Shown piece after piece: positions 1 to 14,529 of a stretch of DNA of 64,000 nt. How positions within the stretch are numbered: position 1 is the stretch's first letter; each line of letters opens with the position of its first letter. The notes beneath the pieces were generated by a model. The model saw only the letters and a list, made by a program, of their open reading frames with translations, had not been told where the DNA came from and ran no database searches. The position numbers were made by a program, and so were the translations under genes. Source of the DNA: Eledone cirrhosa (taxonomy: Eukaryota); assembly GCA_964016885.1 (NCBI GenBank), contig OZ024754.1, positions 10,478,001 through 10,542,000 on the forward strand, given 5' to 3'.

Positions 1-146
1 ATCATTCTCAGCTTTGCAATACAAGAGAATATTGCAGAACATCATAACAAAGAGTAGATCCAGGTTATGTGTAAAAATATGACACTTGGAAAAAAAAAAA
101 AAATTGAAGAATATACAAGGAAGAATAATTTGATTTTTTAATCAAT

Positions 147-349
147 TTAACCCTTTAGCAATTAACCCAGCCATATCTGGCCAGAATTCTCTCAGCCTTT
201 TCTGTTTAAACTAGCCATAACTGGCTGCTCATACTGACATTAGGGTATTGCTTTCAAATCTCTTAGATTTGATATCATGTGAGGTAATAAAGCCTTTGCC
301 ATGAAACTACAATAGTAAATATACAGTAATGTAAATACTAAAGGGTTAA
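147..349 (+). mobile_element. piggyBac-type MITE (family B), short copy
   Basis: TTAA-CCCTTTAG...CTAAAGGG-TTAA termini; six further homologous copies in the window. Confidence 0.8.
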
Positions 350-629
350 TACTACTTTAGTCACAACTAATCTCAGAAATTCAGATATGAAACTAAATTG
401 TTGGTGTTTCCATCTAATTACTCATCATTTTCGTACAATGAGTATTTTTTTTTCCTAACCCAATCATTACTATATTTCTAATGAAATACGCTGCCTATAA
501 TTTTTTAACAATCAACATTTTGGAAGAATCCATTGAAATAACTAACTTTTCCATTATTAAACTCAAGTTTGGAACATTACTTAAAGGTTCTAACATAAAA
601 CTATGATGAAAGTTTTAAAAAAAAAATAA

Positions 630-770
630 TAATTGTTTCTACTTTTGGCACAAGGCCAACAATTACCCAGTACATTACTGGTACTTTATTTTATCAACCC
701 CGTAAGGATGAAAGGCAAAGTTAACCTAGACGGGATCTGAACTCAGACCATAAAGGGCCATAACTCTAAT
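630..770 (-). mobile_element. tRNA-derived SINE family 2, 5'-truncated
   Basis: Matches 7174-7356 (TTGTTTCTACTTTTGGCACAAGGCC...AGGATGAAAGGCAAAG...GAACTCAG). Confidence 0.75.
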
Positions 771-1124
771 AAATATGAACCCTTTAATACAGACAGTTTT
801 GTATCATAGAACCAGGAGCAATTTGGTATCGAAATAGTTAAAGGCATGAGTTAGATATTTCAAGAAAATAGCTTGTAACCATCAGTTATTTTCACTTATA
901 ATAACCATGTTGTCTGAAGAACAGCCAAAACACCACTCTAAGTTAGATGTAGGTCATCCTCTCGTCATTCCCCTTAACAATTCTGGCCCTTTCCCTCTTT
1001 TGTTGTTTTTTTTTTTTATTATAAATCTATCTATCTATTTATCAATCTAAATTACTTACAATAAAATATTATAAAAGAAACTATACTCAAGATAACCAAA
1101 TGCAGAATAATTTGAACTAGCTAC

Positions 1125-1184
1125 CTCAAAGACAGCAAGCATCTCCGACGACAAGCTTCTGGCACATGACCAAAAATAACATCT
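1125..1184 (-). CDS. Candidate 60-nt exon of an unidentified host gene (DVIFGHVPEACRRRCLLSL)
   Basis: Pyrimidine-rich acceptor ...tcttcatttaaatacAG, donor GAG|GTagct, open phase-2/phase-2 frame, locally higher GC; no homology recognised. Confidence 0.25.
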
Positions 1185-1871
1185 CTGTATTTAAATGAAG
1201 ATAATGAAACAGACATTTTCATAAGAACTACTTCCAGTAAAACTTTAATTGTATTTTTGTCAGCAAGACAATGTGTTGTTAAATAGCTCACACATAATTT
1301 TAACTGTCATTAACCGACAACATTTTAAAATGTAGTTACAAGGTTTCTTTCATCAATAGTTGTATTTCATTTGAAATCACTTACAACATTATCCATTAGA
1401 TTTTATTCTGATAGTAAGAATGAGGTAAATTTCGCTAAAGATATCTATTTAATGGTTCTTCAATATGACTACCATAACAATGGTTTTTCTAGTGAATTCC
1501 TGATTTTACAAACTGTAATGATACATAATTTCGCCTGTTTGTATTAGTTAAAAACCCTTTCAATAAAACTCAAATACTCAAACAGTTATAATGTTAAAAT
1601 GTTTTGTAAAATGAAATAGTAAATAAACTATTAATATCTAAAGAAGTTAAGTTTAGATTTAGGAAATCAATAGATGTTAGTAATGAAATCAGCTTAAGAA
1701 TTTTTATATATCTGCATATTTAAGACTTCAGATGTGAAACAACTTTCTAAAAATTGTAACAAGAATTAATATAAAAAAGTCTTAAATATGTTATTTTTTT
1801 AACTTTTCAATTAGAATACTTAAATCCTATGAGGTAAGGGAAAATTGACAAGTCTTTCTGATTTAGATATG

Positions 1872-2108
1872 TCTATATATTTATATATACATACATACAT
1901 ACATACACACACATATATATATATACATATATATATACGCACACACATATATATATACACATATACATATAAATACACCCATATATATACACACATATAT
2001 ATATAAATACACCCATATATATATATACACATATATATATAAATACACCCATATATATATATACACACACATATAAATACACCCATATATATATATACAC
2101 ACACACAC

Positions 2109-2195
<87 letters not shown>

Positions 2196-2858
2196 TATAT
2201 ATATACACACACACATATATATATACACACCCATATATATATGTACACAACCATATATATATACGTATACACACATATATATATATGTATACACACATAT
2301 ATATATATGTATACACCCATATATATATATGTATACACACATATATATATATATACACACACACACATATATACACATATATATATATATACACATATAT
2401 ATATATATACACACATATATATATATATACACATATATATATATATATACACATATATATATATATATACACATATATATATATATATACACATATATAT
2501 ATATATATACACATATATATATATATACACATATATATATATATACACATATATATATATATACACATATATATATATATACACATATATATATATACAC
2601 ATATATATATACACATATATAGATACACATATATATATATACACACATATATATATACACACATATATATACACATATATATACACATATATATACACAT
2701 ATATATACACATATATATATACACATATATATATACACATATATATATATACACATATATATACACACATATATATACACACATATATATACACACATAT
2801 ATACACATATATATACACATATATATACACATATATATATATATACACATATAGATAC

Positions 2859-2953
<95 letters not shown>

Positions 2954-2962
2954 CATACATAT
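1872..2962. repeat. Compound (TA)n/(CA)n microsatellite
   Basis: Direct reading; explains the spurious ORFs 1820-3024. Confidence 0.97.
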
Positions 2963-2964
2963 AT

Positions 2965-3310
2965 GGAGGCACATGGCTTAGTGGTTAGAGCATTGGCCTT
3001 GCAATCGAAAGGTTGTGAGTTCAATTCTCAGACTGGGTGATGTTATTTCCTTGAGCAAGACACTTTATTTCACATTGCTCCAGTTTACTCAGCTGTAGAA
3101 ATGAGATGATAGGGACCACAGTCCCTATCATTCCAATGCAAAGTGGTCGTGGAGGTGCCATGGCAAAAAAGCACCCAGCACTCACTGTAAATGAGGTTGG
3201 TGTTAGGAAGGGCATCCAGCTGTAGAAATCAAGCCAGAATCGGTTCCCATCCCACCCTTGCAAGCAGGGAAAAAGCGGACGTAAAATGAAATGATGATGA
3301 TGATGATGAT
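2965..3310 (+). mobile_element. Full-length CORE-type tRNA SINE (family 1) with RTE-derived 3' tail
   Basis: A box TGGCTTAGTGG, B box GAGTTCAATTC, CORE-like CCTTGAGCAAGACACTT...CAGTTTACTCAGCTGTAGAAATG, tail CCCACCCTTGCAAGCAGGGAAAAAGCGGACGTAAAATG(ATG)n matching the RTE 3' end at about 22480-22537. Confidence 0.85.
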
Positions 3311-3579
3311 ATATATACATATATATATATCATCATCATTTAACGTCCATCTTCCACGCTAGCATGGGTTAGACGGTTTTATTCCATTAGATGGGGAATG
3401 GAGTAGGTTAGGAATGTAATACAGTGTATATAATGTAAACTATGATAGCACAATATATACAGTGGGATCACAGGTAAACTGATAGAGAAGAAGGACTTCT
3501 TCCAGCATAGCTAAGGACTTCTTTGAATGTAGCTAATGTGCTGGAGAAAATGTATCTATAAAATAACTTTTTTTCAAAT

Positions 3580-4800
3580 AGTCAGATGGCTATGAGAAGT
3601 CAATAGCCTCTGTTACCTATGTGACTTAATTAGCAGTGGATTAGGCTGCTCTGAAAGCATAGCAGTTAGATTAAAAATGTGGTGTGAAAACCCAGGCAGC
3701 TATTAACTGCTAACAACAAAGGGATTCCTTCTCCAAATGAAGGGCAAATTGTTTGATGCAGTGTACAAAATGTAGTGTTGCATGGTTGATAAACCTGGGC
3801 ATTCAAAGTGAAGGATGTTTAAAGGCCAGAATGAAACATGAGTATACTCTACTAGGTGTAAAGTGTCAGTAGAGATAAATGGATGGATTAGACATGAGCT
3901 GAAAGGACTAAGTAGAAGAGGAATCAGATGAAGTGTGATAGAGAGAAGACTGACATGCTAGAGGCATGTGGAGTGTATGAAGGATGACAGTTGGATTTAA
4001 ACATTTAGCATCTAAACCAAGCCATATCCGGCTAGAATTATCTCATCTCTTTCTGTTCAAAATGGCTATAACTGGCTGCTCATACTGATGTTAGGGTATT
4101 GTTCTCAAAATAAATAATATCAAAATCTCATGAGATAATTATGTGAGGTAATTATGTGAGGTAATTATGTGAGGTAATTATGTGAGGTAATTATGTGAGG
4201 TAATTATGTGAGGTAATTATGTGAGGTAATTATGTGAGGTAATTATGTGAGGTAATTATGTGAGGTAATTATGTGAGGTAATTATGTAAGGTAATTATGT
4301 GAGGTAATTATGTGAGGTAATTATGCGAGGTAATTATGCGAGATAATTATGCGAGGTAATTATGTGAGGTAATTATGCGAGGTAATTATGTGAGGTAATT
4401 ATGTGAGGTAATTATGTGAGGTAATTATGTGAGGTAATTATGTGAGGTAATTATGTGAGATAATTATGTGAGGTAATTATGTGAGGTAATTATGTGAGGT
4501 AATTATGCGAGATAATTATGTGAGGTAATTATGTGAGGTAATTATGTGAGGTAAAGCCTTTACCACAAAAATATAAAGGTAAATAGAGAGTAATGCGAAT
4601 GGTAAAGGGTTAAACATTAATGATCCAAGTGATCCACTTGGAAAGGAAATGTAGAAGAGGAAAAGAAGGAAGACATGGGAAGATGTGGTGAAGGTTGAAC
4701 CTTCTTGTGAAGAAGGTAAATGAACTGCAACAAGTGGCAAGGAACTAAACAAATACAGGTGCAACAATGATGTGCTAACTAATGATCCAACCATTTATAC
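3580..4800 (+). pseudogene. Decayed 3' part of an RTE LINE, interrupted by a MITE
   Basis: Broken frames resembling the 3' half of ORF 19969-22512 (GCSESI, KGF..KGKLFDA, ERRL, RKTWEDVVK). Confidence 0.6.
3997..4613 (+). mobile_element. piggyBac-type MITE family B carrying an internal 13-bp tandem array (about 32 copies of GTGAGGTAATTAT, 4131-4553)
   Basis: TTAA at 3997 and 4610, same body as 147-349. Confidence 0.85.
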
Positions 4801-6387
4801 ATAAATAATTATCTGCTATCAACTAGATTAGTTAATTCATGTCAGGAGGTTTCCATGTCATGTTAACCCCTTTGTTACCAATCCAGCAACAAACCAGCTC
4901 TCATTCTATGAAATAAAGTCACACATTTTAAAGGTTTCCAATTTATATTAAAATCTTCCAACATAATTTTATATAAGAACCTTACAATAATTTACTATCT
5001 TAATAATGAAATAATAATTTTGATAAATCCCTCAAAACTCTACATTAATTGATTGAAATAGAATGTATTTCATTAGAAATGCAGTGATGAAAGGGTAAAG
5101 ATATAGTTTTAAACATTTACACCATTATACTATTGTAATAGATGTGTAAGAATAGAATTTCCAACTTCAAAATATGTTTCTAGTGAATTGTTATTTGTCT
5201 GGAAAAATGGATAAGCTAATATGGGTCTGCAACCAAAGGTACTGGGAAATGGATGTTCTACCTGTATTAAGCTTCTTCAGAGCTCAATATGACATTCAAG
5301 GAGAATGTCAGGAAAGCATCAATCGAAAATACCTGGACTCTTTATGCATCTTCTTATAGATCATAAAGAATGATGTAACAACTATTTGTTCAAAGAACAC
5401 AGAGACAGTTTCCACAAAAATATTACTTGCAAAATCAAGATAAGTAATCTTATTTGAGAAGTAGAAGTTATCAAAGAGCCCATCATATAACAAGATTGAA
5501 TTCATTATGAGTTATCCATTGCCATTAACAAAATCATTTCTAGAAACGCTGCAAATGCTATTGTCTGGAACAGCTGCTTCTCTACATATTTACCACACAC
5601 CTGAAGAAATTTATTTGCAAATATCATTACATTCTTTCAGTAGAGAGTTACACCATCTTTACCATTTATATTTGTCTGCATACAATACAAATGTAATTAG
5701 ACAAAGAAATATAATGATATGAGGGAAATAGTGTATGCTAAGAAGCACCTGTTTAAGTCATATTTCTTGTATTTACTTCTTATCTGTTGTAAAACAGAGG
5801 TGCTGCTTTACATTTTAATTATGGGTATGAATAGTTTTTGCTGGGGTATAGAACTGAACTATAAAATGTATTTTGTGTATAGTTAGGATACCAGCTAAAG
5901 TACTGTTTTATATTTGTCCATTGAATTAAAGATGTCTTGTTCTTATCACTATCATCCAAAAAAGCTGGAAGATAAGTTAAGACTCTCCAGGCTATTAGTA
6001 ATTTTAATCAACCAACATCAATTTTTTAACAAAAACCAATTTCAGACATTTTGAAATATATTTTGCTTTTTATTGTGATTGAGTGAAGACAGGAGATGGA
6101 TTGGTAGAACCTTCAGATTATTCAACAAATGCTTAGCAGTATTTGCTTTAGCAAATCACATCTTTGACTTTCATCATTTCCAAGGTTGATAGAATAAAAT
6201 ACCAGTCAAATACTGGGGTTGATACAATTAAACCACCCCTACTACCCAAATTGCTAGCCTTGTGCCTAAATGCGAAATCATTATCATTGGGTGAAGATGT
6301 AGATAATTTTATGACTTATTAAGAACAGGAATATTATAGCTAGCCACCTTAAATATTAAGCAAATATTACATATAATGCTGGACCAA

Positions 6388-6453
6388 TGTGTGTGTGGTG
6401 TGTATGGTGTGTGTGTGTGTGTGTGTGGTGTGTATGGTGTGTGTGGTGTGTAT

Positions 6454-6500
<47 letters not shown>

Positions 6501-6558
6501 TGTGGTGTGTGGTGTGTGTGTGTGGTGTGTATGTGTGTGTGGTGTGTGTGGTGTGTAT

Positions 6559-6639
<81 letters not shown>

Positions 6640-6682
6640 TGGTGTGTGTGGTGTGTGTGGTGTGTGTGGTGTGTGGTGTGTG
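6388..6682. repeat. (GT)n microsatellite with TGG interruptions
   Basis: Direct reading. Confidence 0.95.
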
Positions 6683-6733
6683 TTCAACTTAGATTCACTT
6701 GGTCAATTAACAATGTGCTTTAACCCTTTAAAG

Positions 6734-7016
6734 CAGGCATGTGAAACATGCAGCCCACAGTCCACATGTGGCCCTTCACAAGCACACATGCAGCCCGCAG
6801 TCCACATGTGGCCCTTTACAAGCACACTTGCGGCCCGCACAAAGGTTTTTATAGCGCGAGCATGTTTTATCTTCATAATATAAAATAAAAACATTTATTG
6901 TAATATGCGCAATTGGTTGTCGTGTGTGGCCCTCATACAACATATGTGACCCATGTGGCCCTCATACAACACATGTGACCCATGTGGCCCTCGGGGAACC
7001 CTGTCTCACATGCCTG
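6734..7016. mobile_element. hAT (Charlie-type) MITE
   Basis: TIRs CAGGCATGTGAAAC / GTCTCACATGCCTG, 8-bp TSD CTTTAAAG/CTTTAAAT, subterminal TGTGGCCC repeats. Confidence 0.8.
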
Positions 7017-7173
7017 CTTTAAATAATCAAACCACATGAAAGCACCCCTGTTCCTACAGTGTGTTATTTAATTTTAAACATTCTTGATACTAACTTTATA
7101 TTTATTTGAAAGATCTTCCATCACAATTTTATATAAGAACCTTTTTTAAGTTATGTGCCAAACACCAGCTTAA

Positions 7174-7356
7174 TAATTGTTTCTACTTTAGGCACAAGGC
7201 CAGCAATTACCCAGTGCATTACTGGTACTTTATTTTATCGACCCCGTAAGGATGAAAGGCAAAGTCAACCTCGGCGGGATTTGAACTCAGATCGTAAAGG
7301 GACGTAATTATGCTGGGAAGCTAGGCGTCCGACACTCTACCGATACTGCCAATCCA
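7174..7356 (-). mobile_element. tRNA-derived SINE family 2, full length
   Basis: On minus strand: A box TGGCAGTATCGGT, B box GAGTTCAAATCCC, (ATT)n tail. Confidence 0.85.
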
Positions 7357-7513
7357 GATAAAGTTTTGTACATCACTAAGTCTTTGCAAATATTTATTTT
7401 CAAAATTTATTTGAAATAGAGAGGTTATGTGTTTCATAAGAAATATGATAAGTTTAGCATAATACTCAAGAGTCGATTTGAAAGACTGAACATGAAAGAA
7501 GACAGCTAAGACA

Positions 7514-7728
7514 TTAACCTTTAACATTTACATTACTCTATATTTACTATTGTATTTTTGTAGTAAAGGCTTTATCTCACATAATATCAAATATACGAGA
7601 TTTTGATATTATATATTTTGAGAACCATACCTTAACATCAGTATGATGGGCCAGTTACAGCCAGTTTGAAAAGAAAGAGGTGAGAGAATTCTGGCCGGAT
7701 ACGGCCGGTTTAAATGCTAAAGTGTTAA
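7514..7728 (-). mobile_element. piggyBac-type MITE family B
   Basis: Reverse complement of the 147-349 family, TTAA at both ends. Confidence 0.8.
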
Positions 7729-8927
7729 TCACTCAGCTGTCATGCATCTGAAATTAGTTTCCAAATTTTTTCACTGATTACTATGAGGCTAAAAAGTTTA
7801 TTCTCTCTTTAAGAAAATGAAAATGATGCATCACAATAAAGATTCGGCAGGAAATACCTACTGCACTTTCTTTGTCATCACTAAATCATCCTCTAACTTT
7901 GCCTGAGATTCTCATTTGTCATGACATCTGGACAAATATTATATTCTCAATAGAACGAAAGCCATGGAAATAATTTGGCAGTAAAGGTCATAACAATTTG
8001 AAGTAGCCAGCAAATTAAGTCGGCATGCCTTACTTCTCTTAGAGCTTAACAAAATTTAGAAGCATATTGAATATCTTAATAGATTTAAAATATAGAGGTG
8101 TGTGTGTGTGGATGTGTGGATGTAGAGGTATGTGTATATGTATGTGCATACACACATGTACACCTGTTCATATCTACACACACACACACACACATACACT
8201 GCATCAATATGTCTTCTGACAGAAAGTATCAGCTCGATGCTTCTGTCTTTCCTTCCCATTCAGCAGCATCTAAAATGAAAATCGTGTTATTGAATGTTAT
8301 GTCCATAAAATCCTTTGAAGTTTATAGTTAATCCGCTTTCACATAATGTCACATGACTTGAAGAAGAGAAATGTGTGGAGATGGTGGTAGGGAAGCTGAC
8401 ATAAAAGAAATGAAGCTTATTGAGTGGGTGTCGGATGAAGGGTGCAGGGACACCGCTAGAAGATAAGGTTTTGTTTGTTTCTTAAAATTAGATGAGCATT
8501 AAATAATGTTATTGCTATTGATTCAGGAAAATAATTATTTATAATTATAGGTGTAGGGGTGTAAACATCTCTCTCTCCTCCTCCCCTCTTTTATATGTGT
8601 AGAGGTGTGGATATCTCTCTCTCTCCTTCCCCCTCTCTCTGTTACACACACTGTCTAAAATTGGGTTATAAATCATTAAAACTGTAAGAGGTGAGTGGGA
8701 AAATCAATACAAAAATAATAAAAACTACATAATCAAAATCGATCTGTATTCAGGAAGAAAATTTACATATTTTTCAATAGCTAAATTAATGATCACTTTG
8801 GGATCTTGTGTAAAATATATTTAAAAGCCAAAGGGTTAATTTGCTTGATAATTTTAATGAAAGTTCAATTGCTGAGTCAAACAAGATATTGATGGCTGCC
8901 CCAACTGAAATTACTTGCAGTTGGTAC

Positions 8928-8971
8928 CTTTCAGTATTTCCACAGCCCAGCCAGGCCCTATTTTTCAAGAC
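8928..8971 (-). CDS. Candidate 44-nt exon (VLKNRAWLGCGNTE)
   Basis: Acceptor ttttAG, donor AAG|GTacca, only one open frame, phase compatible with 1125-1184. Confidence 0.2.
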
Positions 8972-9211
8972 CTAAAACTATATAGCATGTCAGCTTTTGC
9001 TGTAACAATGTCAGTAAGATGTCTATAACAAAGATGAGTAGTTGAGAGTTTCTATTGTTTTGTCACTGGTATGTGGCCATGTGAAATGTATTCTAAAATA
9101 TACTCTAACTTAATATGACAGCAGTGCAAATAAGAGACAACTGTAGAGGTAAAATTTTGAGAGTTGCTACTTAAATTAATGCCCAGTTGTACCCTCAACA
9201 ATGTGCTAGAG

Positions 9212-9773
9212 AAGTGTTCCCCCAAATGGGATCCAAGTAACCCCAGGTTAGATTTTTTAAATCTGGGGTTCTAAGAAATAAAGTGTCTTTAACTTTTAAA
9301 ATCTTGTACCACATGAAACTGCATTAAAGATATTCTTGAAATGAAGAAACCAGCACTACGACTGCATCACATTAAAACTTTACATAAATACTGCAAATTT
9401 TCACAATCTATCCACTAAGTAAAATATTATAAACAAACCTATTTCTAGATATATTCTGCTGAATCATTACACAATGTTGAAAGTTAATAAAATTTCATAA
9501 AACTGTTTTCTTCATATGAGGACGCACCCTAATTTTGACAACCAAAAATTTGAAAAAAAATAATAAACAACCTTTGGCCTCCAGAACGCATGGTAGATTT
9601 TTGAAACATATTTTAGGGAAAAAGTAGCGTCTTTGACGCCAGGGAAATACGGTAATTCTTACTCCAATACAATGTTTTTCTAAATCAGACAGGTGATGGG
9701 GAGTTGTCTGTAAAATAAAGATATGGGTTTCACACTTTTCTGAAAACCATAATGGTCTTGCAAGGAACCACTA
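9212..9773. mobile_element. Old hAT-type element with nested Tc/mariner-type end (about 9514-9654)
   Basis: Exact 8-bp TSD TGCTAGAG (9204-9211, 9774-9781), degenerate AGTGTTCC/GGAACCACT TIRs; nested terminus AAATACGGTA. Confidence 0.55.
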
Positions 9774-11278
9774 TGCTAGAGAACTTCTGTCTACTAAATA
9801 TTAGAACACCTAAAAACAAAATCATAAATTAATAGAAAGAGGATCAAACAAGGATTTTTCTAAGTGGTTTTGCAGTTTCTGCCAACCAAGACAAATCTTG
9901 TGGGATTAATGAAATGAAATAGAGCTTACATCTATTTAACTATAAAACCTGTAAACCAGCCCCCGCGCAACAGAAAACTCTTTCAATTTATCTTCTTACC
10001 AACTATAGCAAATGAGAGACATAAAACAACACTAACACTCCATTAGAATATCTGTATAGTTAACATTTACTTTCAAGATGTTTCCTTTAAGTTTTCCCAC
10101 AACCCTTTTGGTAACTGTCGGAAATGAACCTAATTCTATGACACTAAACTGTTTTAAAGTTTTTATTATCATTGTTTTTATGTCCACTTTTCCAAGCTGA
10201 CAAGGGATTTTTTTAGACATTGTTTTACAGCCAGATGCTCCTTCTGGGGCTAAACCATTCCAGTCACCTCTTATGACAAAAGAATGTTCACTTTTAACTC
10301 TTAACAACCTGTAATGATTTAGCAGAAAAATGATAAAAATGTGTTTGCTAATTCAAATCATTATTATCATTGTTTTACACATATTTTCTACTGAGGTTGG
10401 ACAGGTCTGTCAGCTGATTGTCTTTTGCTCATACATTCCATTTTGGCATGGATTCTACAGCGTGATGCCCTTCTCAACGCCAACCACTTTACAGTGTATA
10501 CCAAGTTCATTTTCTCATGGCACTGCCACTACTACTCGACAGGACAAACTGGGTGATTTTGCCATGGAACCAGCATTACCACTTTACAGTGTCGGCTGAG
10601 TACATTTCATCAAATATTTATAGTGCCTTTACTAGTGGACAGATTGTTGCAAACATTTTCAGTAAACTAAAGATTTTACTTTTTCATGTAATGCAGCCAT
10701 AGAAATGAGGTTTTGTAGTTTCCAAAAATATCTTGTTAATGTAGTTTGATGTGGTACAGGACATAAAGTGTTAATGGATATGGACATTCCAGTTTGAAAC
10801 AACAAATGAAAAATATATATATACTGAGACTAAACACAATTAATCCTTCTGAAAATAAAACCTAAAATTTCACCAATTAGATACAACTGTCATCAATGTT
10901 AGGAAGTTATTTTCAAATCAAGCAAGCATTAATTAAATTAAAGAAAGTTTTATTCTAATTTATGAAGAGTGTTTTGTTTTGTTGAATTTTTTAAAAGTTT
11001 CTTTAGAAAATTACAGCATGAAAAACTTTTTTTTTTAAATAACTAAGTGTGGATTTGAAAGATAACTTAGCAAGCATTTTACTTCAACTCATTACATCTC
11101 ATTTTTGTTATTAATTTTTGTTATTATTATTATTATTATTTTGTTGTTGTTGTTGTTGTCAACGCCATTTGTTGTGATTGAACATTCAGTGTTCAGTCTG
11201 GTAGAGATGTAAAGAGTAAACAAAAAATCTTTATAATAAATACATTAAAAACAACAAAATAAACCTTGTTAGAGCAAC

Positions 11279-11610
11279 AAGAGCAGCAGAGGAATTGGTG
11301 AATACTCAACACTACAAGAGCAGCAGAGGAACTGGTGAATACTCAACACTACAAGAGCAGCAGAGGAACTGGTGAATACTCAACACTACAAGAGCAGCAG
11401 AGGAACTGGTGAATACTCAACACTACAAGAGCAGCAGAGGAACTGGTGAATACTCAACACTACAAGAGCAGCAGAGCAACTGGTGAATACTCAACACTAC
11501 AAGAGCAGCAGAGCAACTGGTGAATACTCAACACTACAAACGCAGCAGAGGAACTGGTGAATACTCAACACTACAAGAGCAGCAGAGGAACTGGTGAATA
11601 CTCAACACTA
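11279..11610. repeat. 37-bp minisatellite, about 9 copies
   Basis: Unit AAGAGCAGCAGAGGAACTGGTGAATACTCAACACTAC, contiguous with no spacers. Confidence 0.95.
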
Positions 11611-12110
11611 ATACTAAACAATGTTTCAAGATGAAGCTGAGATGTGTTTATTAAGGAAAACAGGGATTAACACAGAGAAGGATGAAGTTAATTTTTATTG
11701 TAACATTTTGCTAAAGTCTGGAAAAGAAAACTTGAGGACCAAAAGCCACTGATATTAAATAACTGTGAATCATTGAGTAAACACAAACATTGTTTCACAG
11801 GTTTCAGTTATTAGACTGTATCTCAATAACTGTAACAAAAAGTGCACCATTTGTTTGTGGTTTTAAGTAGTCTGAATCCCGACTTGCATTGGCATGAGTG
11901 TAGGAGGAGCACTAAAGAGTACCTATACATAGAATTATATCGTAATGAACACTTGTGTGATGTGATACTTTCTAAATGTTTGAGGCCAATAAAAATATAG
12001 CAAAAAGCAAAAACAGAGCAAGATGGCCAGACACTAGAAATACTGCATGTTTCAGGCAAGAGTATCCTTCTTCTAGGTGTATTGACAGAAATATGTAAAC
12101 ACACACACAT

Positions 12111-12193
<83 letters not shown>

Positions 12194-12614
12194 CAGGGCG
12201 CGGACGATATTTGTTCGCAATTTTCAACTGCTAATTTTATGCAAATTTTTTTTCCTTCCGTTGTCACTCTTGTCTTCATAAAAGCAGCCGTGACTATATT
12301 TCCATTATTTATTTTCAGAATAATTGATTATGAATAATTTTGAACCTCCAAACATACTAATTTTCTCCTAATGCAGTTTATATATAATATCGTCTTTTTT
12401 AACGTATCATGGATTACGTTACTGATTAAATAAGACAGTGTAACGCAGTCTTCATTCAATTTCTGTGTATTATATATTGTCATTTACGATTTTATTTGAT
12501 GTATCATATCTACATGTATATATACTTGTGTATAATATCAATATAAGCAATACACAAGCTAGCAGAAAACCACCCGAAGGGTGGTTTTTCTGCTAGTAAT
12601 TATAATAATTATAA

Positions 12615-13250
12615 TAAAAAACAATCAAGTGAATGTGTTATCGGATTTCAGGATACAGACAAACAAGAAATTAGAACATAATAGGCCTGACCTGATGGTT
12701 TTTGACAAGGAAAAAAGATTGTGCCTGATTGTAGTTGTAGCTTGTCCCTTTGACACAAGAATGCAAGAAAACAATAAGGAGAAAATTAACTGATACAAGG
12801 ATTTAAAGTGGGAGTTAAAAATTATTTGGGACTGTCATGAGATCAAGTCATCCCGATTGTCATAGGAGCACTAGATACTATCTCAAAGAGTTTTCAAGAA
12901 TGGTTAAAGAACATTTTTGGAACACTTCAAAAGGCATGCTTGCTAGGAACAGCAAGAACCCTCTGATACGTCCTGAATATTTGAGACTGCAGGTAGCAGC
13001 TTGATGTTCACTTGAACAAACTTTCCAGTTAAATAACTGTTTCTACTTTTGGCACCAGGCCAGCAATTATCCCAGTGCATTACTGGTACTTTATTTTATC
13101 GACCCCGTAAGGATGAAAGGTAAAGTTAACCTCGGCGAGATTTGAACTCAGATCATAAAGGGAGGTAACTATATGCTTCAAAGCATGGCGCCCGACCCTC
13201 TACCGATACTGCCAATCCATAACATCAATGACCGAGACTCCAAGAATAAT
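12615..13250 (+). pseudogene. 3' relic of an R4/Dong-like non-LTR retrotransposon (restriction-like endonuclease)
   Basis: DFRIQTNKKLEHNRPDLMVFD...ACPFD...PIVIGAL...LQKACLLGTAR with stops/frameshift; flanked by (TAA)n; SINE-2 copy inserted at 13035-13219. Confidence 0.7.
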
Positions 13251-13950
13251 AATAACAATAACAATTATTATTATTATTCCAACTGTTGTGAATACAACAT
13301 GTTGAGCTTATTAGAGTCTTTGTTGTAACTATGTATTCTTTTTTGTAAATAACGTCAGGTTTTGGTTATCAACCAAAGCTGCCATCAGCACGGGGCTATC
13401 ATCATATCAGTAGATGTTTGAGAAAATAACAACTACAAAGGTAAACAGACACAGCCATGTTGTAACAACATTGTAAAACCTAGGTAAGCAGCTTATTCAA
13501 AGTGATGCAGTGTCAAAGCTATTTCAGGCAAATATTCTTGCTAACTTGCCGACTGTCACCATTTCACCATCACCGCTACCAACAACGCCAGCACCACCAC
13601 CACCACCACAGACAACACAGTGGGTTAAAGTATGACAACTAGAGACAGATCATTGATTCCATGCTAATCAGCTCTTTTTACCCTGCAACCCACACATCAC
13701 CCCCACCACCACGCCACCATCCTATTCAGCTTCTAATGAATCATACAGGGTTTTTACTTAACCAATGCCATTCCTAACAAGTAACAAGCTTCTTGAAAAG
13801 TCTTTTTCCTCCTCCAGAAATTAGTCTGTTTTATATTTCTTTTACTTTCGTTTTATTTTATTTTATTTTATCCTATTTTCATCACTTTATCTCACACCTA
13901 ACAAGGAAGATCAAAGACATCATATTTCCCTATACCCCCTCCCACTCTCA

Positions 13951-13962
13951 TGTATATATATG

Positions 13963-13994
<32 letters not shown>

Positions 13995-14017
13995 CATACA
14001 TATATATATATACATAC

Positions 14018-14051
<34 letters not shown>

Positions 14052-14111
14052 ACATACATATATATATATACATACATACATATATATACATACATACATA
14101 TATATATATAC

Positions 14112-14145
<34 letters not shown>

Positions 14146-14495
14146 ACATACATATATATATATACATACATATATATATATATATACATACATATATATA
14201 TATATACATACATATATATATATACATACATACATATATATATACATACATATATATATACATACATATATATATATATACATACATACATATATATATA
14301 CATACATATATATATACATACATATATATATATATACATACATATATATATATATACATACATATATATATATATACATACATATATACACATACATATA
14401 TACACATACATATATATATACACATACATATATATATACACATACATATATATATATACATACATATATATATATACATACATATATATATATAC

Positions 14496-14529
<34 letters not shown>

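Noticed and set aside
2965-3040. tRNA-like sequence (also 41680-41752 and 43196-43270)
   Set aside because: SINE heads continuing into a CORE body; no intact acceptor stem.
5174-5722. Short ORFs in a complex unique stretch
   Set aside because: No frame stays open between plausible splice sites and no motif is recognisable.
11279-11610. 37-bp repeats resembling a CRISPR array (also the 39-bp array at 36052)
   Set aside because: Units are contiguous with no unique spacers, there are no cas genes, and the context is eukaryotic.
12038-12085. Minus-strand hammerhead-like motif CUAGAAGA-AGG..CCU-GAAA-CAUG-CA beside a TA tract
   Set aside because: Core has an insertion and lacks U16.1; possibly a decayed member but not supportable.
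12193-12300. TACAGGG start resembling a Tc/mariner TIR
   Set aside because: No matching second TIR found.
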